The notes under the pieces: model-generated
Told to the model about the DNA's origin: nothing
The model's input: the letters and a program-made list of their open reading frames with translations, nothing else
Databases searched by the model: none
Position numbers and translations under genes: made by a program
DNA from: Squalus acanthias
Taxonomy: Eukaryota
NCBI GenBank assembly: GCA_030390025.1
Contig: CM059445.1
Span: forward strand, 58,900,001 to 58,964,000
Direction of reading: 5' to 3'
DNA length: 64,000 bases
In this document: positions 13,401 through 22,400 of the stretch, in pieces
Position numbering within the stretch: position 1 is the first letter of the stretch
Layout of the letters: the number at the start of each line of letters is the position of its first letter

Positions 13401-16400
13401 GGGGTTCGGGGGGGTTTTATATATAGAATGACAGGTACCCGGGAGTGAGTTACAGGCTGGAATCTAATCGAGGGGTTCGGGAGGGTTATATATAGAATGA
13501 CAGGTACCCGGGAGTGAGCTACAGGCTGGAATCTAATCGAGGGGTTCGGGGGGGTGTTATATATAGAATAACGGATCCCCGGGAGTGAGTTACAGGCTGG
13601 AATCTAATCGAGGGGTTCGGGGGGGTTATGTATAGAATAACGGATACCCCGAAGTGAGTTACAGGCTGGAATCTAATCGAGGGGTTCGGGGGGTTTATAT
13701 ATAGAATAACAGATACCCGGGAGTGAGTTACAGGCTGGAATCTAATCGAGGGGTTCGGGGTGTTTATATATAGAATGACAGATACCCGGGAGTGAGTTAC
13801 AGACTGGAATCTAATCGAGGGGTTCGGGGGGTTTATATATAGAATAACGGATACCCGGGAGTGAGTTACAGGCTGGAATCTAATCGAGGGGTTCGGGGGG
13901 GTTATATATAGAATAACAGATACCCGGGAGTGAGTTACAGGCTGGAATCTAATCGAGGGGTTCGGGGGGGTTTATATATAGAATAACGGATACCCGGGAG
14001 TGAGTTACAGGCTGGAATCTAATCGAGGGGTTCGGGGGGGGGTTATATATGGAATGACAGGTACGCGGGAGTGAGTTACAGGCTGGAATCTAATCGAGGG
14101 GTTCGGGGTGGTTTATATATAGAATAACAGATACCCGGGAGTGAGTTACAGGCTGGAATCTAATCGAGGGGTTCGGGGGGTTTATATATAGAATGACAGG
14201 TACCTGATGCAGCATCACTAGCGGTGGAAATGAACCCACTGCCTCTCAACACAAGTAATGAGATTTCCACCACTCTCCGGGCACTGACTGCTTGTTGCTA
14301 CTCTACAGATATCCGCTCAATCTCAGCGGTTGGCATCTCAACCCCGACATACCTGTTTGTGAAAGAGGGGATGGAGCTACGGCTGGACTGCATGCTCAAC
14401 TACAGTGCTCACACACAACTACACAACGTCAAGCTGGAATGGCACCACACCCCTGATAGTGGTGCTGAAGAGGACTTGGTGAGTGATAGGTCCCCCAGTG
14501 CTCGGTGCTGATCCCCAGGGGCTGCACTCCACCACGACCCTCTGATCCTGGGTCTTGAGCTCGAACCATGCAGGTGTCAACATGTTGCCAGTTTAGGGCA
14601 ACTGAGCTGCTGCCGGCCAGAACTGGTCAGGAATCGGCCTATTGACCGTCTCTGGGAGTTCTGCGGAACTTGGGCACCAAAGCACGCTCCAAACGATGCT
14701 GTTTTGGTGCATCCACTAAAACTGTAACTTAACCAAAAATACAACAACTGAAACTTAACAAATTAAATTAAAATTTCATTTCCGGGGGTGATGATGCACT
14801 CCAGACCCTGCGGTGCCCACCGGTCGCGGAAGACGATGAGGGCAGAATTCAGTGGGTGACCTGCTCTGGTTATGATATACCTCGAAAGGCACGGAGGGTG
14901 AATTTAGGGGTTTTCACTGTCCAGCACATATCAAAAATACGAAACTACCCCAGTTAGTCTTCAGAATAAAGTGCCAGGGAAATATTTGGCCATATGCCAT
15001 GTTTGCCACACCAATGTGCCAATATATTTTAAACAGCTCGCACCCCGACACTGGGTCTGTGGATGTTTCAGGGAGACAGCGTCCCTTTAAAGGTTCACGG
15101 TAGTTTTTGCGTTCTGCGACATGCAAATGAGTTTGAGCCGAAACTCGAGGGAAAAAAAAAACACTACTCAAAACCGCCGCACTTTGCGCCCGGATCATCG
15201 AATGCGTCCAAAGTGGAAACACCACCCCCAGGTCTGCCGGGATTATTGACTTTAAACCATTTGCAGAATGCTGAAGCTGCTTCTGTAACTCTTCCGTTTT
15301 GTTTATTGTTCATACTTGGGATGTGGGCCTTGCTGGCAAGGCTGGGATTTATTTTCCATCCCGAGTTGCCCTGAGAAGGTCTTCTCCCGTTTGATACAAC
15401 TGAGTGGCTTGCGATGCCATTTCAGAGGGCAGTTGAGAGTTAACCACGTTGGTATGGGACTGGAGTCACATGTAGGCCCAGACTGGCTAAGGATGGCCGG
15501 TTTCCTTCCCTAAAGGGCAGTTGTGAACCAGTTGGGTTTTTACAACAATCTGATAGCTTCATGGTCACTTTTACTGACAACAGCATTTTATTTCCAGAAT
15601 TATTTTTTAAACTGCGATGGTGGGATTTGAATTCACGTTCTCTGGATTGAAAGTACAGGCCATGGGATGGACAACGTAAAGGAAGCTTTACTCTGTATCT
15701 AACCCGTGCTGTACCTGCCCTGGGAGTGTTTGATGGAACAGTGTAGAGGGAGCTTTACTCTGTATCTAACCCGTGCTGTACCTGCCCTGGGAGTGTTTGA
15801 TGGGACAGTGTAGAGGGAGCTTTACTCTGTATCTAACCTGTGCTGTACCTGCCCTGGGAGTGTTTGATGGAACAGTGTAGAGGGAGCTTTACTCTGTATC
15901 TAACCCGTGCTGTACCTGCCCTGGGAGTGTTTGATGGAACAGTGTAGAGGGAGCTTTACTCTGTATCTAACCCGTGCTGTACCTGCCCTGGGAGTGTTTG
16001 ATGGAACAGTGTAGAGGGAGCTTTACTCTGTATCTAACCCGTGCTGTACCTGCCCTGGGAGTGTTTGATGGGACAGTGTAGAGGGAGCTTTACTCTGTAT
16101 CTAACCCGTGCTGTACCTGCCCTGGGAGTGTTTGATGGGACAGTGTAGAGGGAGCTTTACTCTGTATCTAACCCGTGCTGTACCTGCCCTGGGGGTGTTT
16201 GATGGGACAGTGTAGAGGGAGCTTTACTCTGTATCTAACCCATGCTTCTCTTTAGTTTCTTTCCTTCTTTATTCCAACACAGATTTTCTTTCACTATCAA
16301 AATCTCAGTACGGTGAAGGAGGACAGCTTGTTCACCCCGAGACTGCAGTGGGTGGGTGACATCGGACAAAACAATGGTTCCATTCTCATAACTAAAGTGG

Positions 16401-19400
16401 AATGCAATGACACAGGCAATTTCACCTGCGATATGCGGATCCCCAGGATGTCCAGCAGTATCTATAAAAGCAGCACTCACCTAACAGTTTTGTGCAAAGG
16501 TAATGTACAGAGTCGCTGTCATTCTATACACTGGTAGTGAATGGGTAGGGGTTTGGTCCCTTGGGATTCTATACTCCAGGAGTGAATGGGAAGAGATTTG
16601 GTCCATTGGGATTCTATACACTGGGTGTGAATTGGAAGGCATTTGATCCATTGGGATTCTATACACTGAGAGTGAATGGGAAAGGGTTTGGTCCATTGGG
16701 ATTCTATACACTGAGAGTGAATGGGAAAGGGTTTGGTCCATTGGGATTCTATACACTGGGAGTGAATTGGAAAGGGTTTGGTCAATTGGGATTCTATACA
16801 CTGGGAGTGATTGGGAAAGGGTTTGGTCAATTGAGATTCTATGCACTGGGAGTGAATGAGAAGGGATTTTGGTCCATTGGGATTGTGTACAATGGGAGTG
16901 AATGGGAAGGAGTTTGGTCCATTGGGATTCTAAAATCTGGGAGTAAATTGGAAGGGGTTTGTTCCATTGGGATTCTATACACTGGGAGTGAATGGGAAGG
17001 GGTTTGATCCATTGGGATTCTATATAAATTTCTGCTTTTTTTGGGGGGGGTGGGGGGTGGGAGATTTTACACCTAAATATTTCTGAGCATTTCTATTCCC
17101 TTCAGGTATGGGGCACAAACGATCTTTCCGGCTGCCTGTGTCAGAGGAAGTGGTTCCGAAGAATATTATCATATATGCAACAGTTGGGGTCTTTACCCTC
17201 TTTGTTGCGCTGTCTATTCTTGTAATCATGTGGAGGAAACGTTCGATGCACACAGCACCAAGGAGTCAAAGGTATACACTTTGAGGAGGGAGAATTTAAA
17301 GGAGTTGCATTGTCATCCACCTTTTTACGCAATTAATAATTCTGAACTTTTCTCCCCCATTCTCTGCGGTCAATACACAGAAAGAACGATCCAGGTGCCC
17401 TTGAAAACTCTGAGGTAAGGGGCGTTTTAATAATATTGTTTTTGAGTGTAGACTTTTTATAATCCAGAATATTAAATAGTCAGTCATGCTCTCAGTCACT
17501 GAAACTTTAAGACCAATTGTCAACTCCAGACCGACAAGGGTTGAGTGTTCTTCCGAGGATTCTCCATATTCAGAGGAACTTAAGACTTACTTTCCCATCG
17601 TAGAGTTAGGGGGGATCTGATTGAGGTTTATGAAGGGAACAGAATGTGTTCCAGTTGGCAGTTTGTTCCAATTAAATAGATTAGGGAGGAGCAGGGGTCA
17701 CAAATTTAAGTTGTATAAGATCTAGGTTAGATGTCAGGAGGTGGTCATTTCCCCAGAGAATAGAGGACCTCTGGAACAGGCTGCCGTCTTGTGCGGTGGA
17801 TGCCGATTCACTGAATTCCTTCAAGTGAGAGCTGGACCTGTTTCTGGCTGGGGCGGAGATCAACTCTTACGGAAGGGTAGGTACTGCAGGGAATTCAGGG
17901 CCAGAGGGATCTCCTGGACTAGTTTCGATCACCTAGGAGAGGAATTTCCCAGATTCTTGCCCCCCAAATTGGCCTGGGTTTCAATCTGGTTTTTTCACCT
18001 CTCCCAGGAGGTGGGGTGGGGTGGGGAGTGTATATGTTATGATACACAAGGTATCACAATTGTGTGGGACTTGCTGGATGAACCAGAGGGTCTTTACCTG
18101 TCCGTCATTGTTTGTTTATTTGTAAGCTTCGTCTAACCTTCACCCCATGGTTAACCCAGTGAATAAACAAAATTTAAACTTCACAGGCTTGAAAGAAGGT
18201 TGTACTGGGCTAAATGAGAGATATAGGGGGGAAAATTTGGTTGTGTTGCGCCTCCCGTTAGTGCCCTAAGAGGGCGCTAATGGGGTGCAAAGCAACTAAC
18301 GCCCAGGCACGGCGATGTTTGCGCCGCTCGCGAAATTGACCAGACATTTTGCGGCGGCGCTCAACACTACCGCCACGATCTCCTGCGCCCGCAGATCGTG
18401 ATGTTAGTCGAGTGTGCAACGCCCCGGTAGCGCCCCGGACCGGGTATTGAGTGCCGCCCCCTGCCTTACCGCCTGCCTCTAGCAACGACAGGTTGAGGGG
18501 AACGTTTTGCAGTTGGGAAGGGACTGGGGGAGCGCTATTTAAAGGCGAACACTTCCTGCCCTTTCTTGTCAGCGGCATTTTTGCACCACGCATTCTGAGA
18601 GAGAGAGAGAGACTTCTGGAGAGAATCAACATTGTGTGAAGGAGTTTTGGGTACTGAGCAGCACTTTGCAGGTTCATTTTGATTTGACCTTCCTTGCATC
18701 GATTTAGAAGAGACTATGGGGGCTGCACTCTGAACTCTTTCCCTGGACCTCTCCATTGTTCTATCCAGCAGAATTGATGTACAGGTCTCTCCAGGCCGAG
18801 ATTCAAGGTTGCAATGAGCAGGGTGTGGATGGAGAGCAAGATCGACCATCCCCTTTAAGAACTGGCCGGCGCCATTGTGTCTGTGTTTCATTGCTGACTG
18901 ACATCACATGAGCTTCGCCAGCGCTCTGAGGTAGCGCCTCGCTCCTCGGCGTTAGAGCCTTAAGAGAGGTGTGTAGCGCCTGATTTAGCGCTCCAATCAC
19001 CTCCAGGGGTGATAGAAGCCAAGTTTGTAGTCAGAGGTGATAATTAGCGCCAGGTGCTAAACTTTGTGCCCGGCCGATAATTGCGCCCCAAATGGGGCGA
19101 TACTGAATTTCTCCCCCATAAGATATTAATTGGTATAGAATCAGGTAGTATTTACAGCAGAGAAACAGGCCATTCGGCCCAACAGGTCCGTGCCGGTGTT
19201 TATGCTCCACACGAGCCCTCTTCATCTCACCCTATTAGCATATCCTTCTATTCCTTTCTCCCTCATGTGTTTATCTAGCTTCCCCTTAAATGCATCTATA
19301 CTATTCGCCTCAGCTACTTGTGGCAGCGAGTTCCACATTCTAACCACTCTCCGAGTTCCTTATTGGATTTATTAGTGACTATCTTATATTTATGGCACCC

Positions 19401-22400
19401 CCCCCCCCCCCCAGTTTTGGACTCCTTCACAGGTGGAAACATCTTCTCTACATCCACCTTATTGACCCCTTCATAATTTTAAAGACCTCTATTAGGTCAC
19501 CCCTCAGCCTTCTCTTTTCTAGAGAAAGGAGCCCCAGCCTGTTCAGTCTTCCCTGATATTTATAACCTCTTAGTTCTGGTATAATTCCTGTGAATCTCTT
19601 TTGAGCCTTTTCCAGTGCTTCTATATCTTCAAGCCCCTCCCCCTCCACTTTCCACACACAGCCCGCAGTGGGAATATCTGTCGTCTTAACGAGGTGATGG
19701 TATAGATAAGGTGAGCCCAGAATATTACTTCAAATAAAATCAGAGTAGCAAGGCCAGAGATTATACATTTAAATTAGTGAACAGTAAATTTAAAACAGGT
19801 GTTACTTAATGTGTGAGAAATGTTTAGAATGATCTGTCAGGCAGGGGTGTAGAGATTTAGGTACTGCAGAATGGGCATCAGTGGGGTACTGGAGGGTTGA
19901 GTTCCAATGGGAGAGTTATGGTATTGAAGTAATGAGCTTCAATACAAGAGTTAGAGTACTGGATAGATGGCCTTCAATTGAAGAGTTGGAATACTGGAGA
20001 GATGGACTTCAATGGGCGAGTTAGGGTAGTGAAGGGTTGAGTTTCAATGAGAAAGTTAGTGTACTGGAGGGATGGGCTTCGATGGGAGAGTTGGGGTACT
20101 GGGGGATGGGCTTCCATGGGAGTTTTGGGTACTGGGGGATGGGCTTCGATGGGAGAGTTGGGGTACTGGGGGATGGGCTTCCATGGGAGAGTTGGGGTAC
20201 TGGAGGGATGGGCTTCAATGGGAGAGTTGTGGTACTGGAGGAATGAGCTTCACTAGGAGTGTTGGGATACTGGAGGGATGGGCTTCAATGGGAGAGTTGG
20301 GGTACTGAGGGATGGGCTTCAATGGGAGAGTTGGGGTACTGGAGGGATGGGCTTCGATGGGAGAGTTGGGGTACTGAAGGGATGGGCTTCCATGGGAGAG
20401 TTGGGGTACTGGAGGGATGGGCTTCAATGGGAGAGTTGTGGTACTGGAGGAATGAGCTTCACTAGGAGTGTTGGGGTACTGGAGGGATGGGCTTCAATGG
20501 GAGAGTTGGGGTACTGAAGGGATGGGCTTCAATGGGAGAGTTGGGATACTGGAGGGATGGGCTTCAATGGGAGAGTTGGGGTACTGAAGGGATGGGCTTC
20601 AATGGGAGTGTTGGGATACTGGAGGGATGGGCTTCAATGGGAGAGTTGGGGTACTGGAGGGATGGGCTTCAATGGGAGAGTTGGGGTACTGGAGGGATGG
20701 GCTTCAATGGGAGAGTTGGGGTACTGGAGGGATGGGCTTCAATGGGAGAGTTGGGGTACTGGAGGGATGGGCTTCAATGGGAGAGTTGGGGTACTGGAGG
20801 GATGGGCTTCAATGGGAGAGTTGTGGTTCTGGAGGGATGAGCTTCTCTAGGAGTGTTGGGTACTGGAGAGATGGGTTTTGTTAGGCCAATGGCATTTTCA
20901 TATCCTTGGTATGGTGATGTGATCAGGTGGGGTGGGTTATTCACTAAATAAGACCATTAAATTTGCTGCCCACTTCTATGCCAAAAACCTTTGAGGACTA
21001 TCTGCTAATCATATTTTGTTTGGTTTCCTCAACTGTTGGTTGACATTGGAGACAATCGTTATTGTGAGATATTTGTTTTATTGTTTCAGTTTCCTCCTCT
21101 CCTCTCCTGAAGGTCCTCAGGTGCCAGCAGGATTCAGCACCACATTGAGGCAGTCATTCTTCATATATGAGTCCAAACAGTGAATGTTGGCAAGTTATCC
21201 ATCCATGGAATAACAGCTGAGCCTAATCCTGCCTTTACCTGGCATGTATTCTCCAGAAGGAATCACTAGATCAGGAGCAGGAACCCCAGCTGATGTTCTC
21301 CCGACAGGGGCTCAGAGCTCAAAAGTGCGGCCCTAATTCTGCCGCAGCAGAGTCAGCGTGGACCACTGATGGAACCTTGGGCCTTCCTGGTCCAGGCTGT
21401 TGAGTTCCACACTGCCTTGACCCAATGAGGCGTTGCAGAAAAACAAGAGGGGATTGGGCAAAATTAAATTAGAAAGTGAAGAAGAGTGAATAACCTGTTA
21501 CAGCTGATTAAACAAAACAAATATGTTCACCAACAATCAGGAGACAGACCGTTACTTCACTATGACCAGGAGACCTCCACTCCAGAGAGACAGAGGGAAT
21601 AATCCCATGGAAGGAAAGAAAAATGAGGAATCAAAGACTGGTGAAGATGAAATTTATGTAACAATGGTAAGATTCTTGAAGGAATAATTCCTTTAGCCTG
21701 ATGTAAGTAGAAGATATTACACAATGCCTGCGTGACTACCTGGTATACACAGTTAGTGATGAACCCATGCGTACTATCCATCCATTGGATACACAAATTG
21801 TGTAAAGTCATTTTACTAACAAAACTGGCCAACAGGCCTGTCCCTCTTTGAGTAATCTCAATCCTACCTACTCACCTTCCCACCATATCTCTCAATCCCA
21901 CTTTCTCACCATATCTGTCAATCCCACCTACCCACCTTCCCACCGTATCTCTCAATCCCACCAACCCCCTTTCTCACCAAATCACTCAATCCCATGTACC
22001 ATCTCCCCACCAAATCCCTCAACTCCTTTTTTTTCTCCAAAAATGCACCCAGTAGCCTCTTGAACTGATTTATACGGTCTGATCCAATGGCCTAGGTTGA
22101 TAACTTATTCTACAACTCAATTATCCTTTGTGTGGAAAAAGTTCCTCATGCCTTCTCTTCTTATTCCTTACTTCCTCATTTTAACTTGTGTCCACTGGGA
22201 TTTGAACCATTCACCATACTGAACAATTTGCCAGATCAGTTTCGTCAGTCCTCTTCATAATCGCAAACATTTCAATGAAGCCTCCTCAAAGTTTTCCCTT
22301 TTCCAAAGAAAACAAACCCACCTCCATTAGTAAAACCTAGATTCCTAACACCAGGAATTATCATTGTTGCTCACCTCTGTACCCTCTCAAAGGGCAATAA

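Noticed and set aside
12637-14205. Regularly spaced repeats resembling a CRISPR array (also 15680-16246 and 41818-43726)
   Set aside because: Head-to-tail units with no unique spacers, no cas genes, vertebrate context.
18258-19000. ORFs inside MITE B and MITE A copies (e.g. [13 protein letters not shown] in three places)
   Set aside because: Recurrence reflects repeat homology; frames and stops differ between copies and no transposase motifs are visible.
21133-21153. TTCAGCACC half-site suggesting a REST/RE1 element near a neuronal gene
   Set aside because: The GGACAG half-site is missing at canonical spacing and the match lies in an old repeat.
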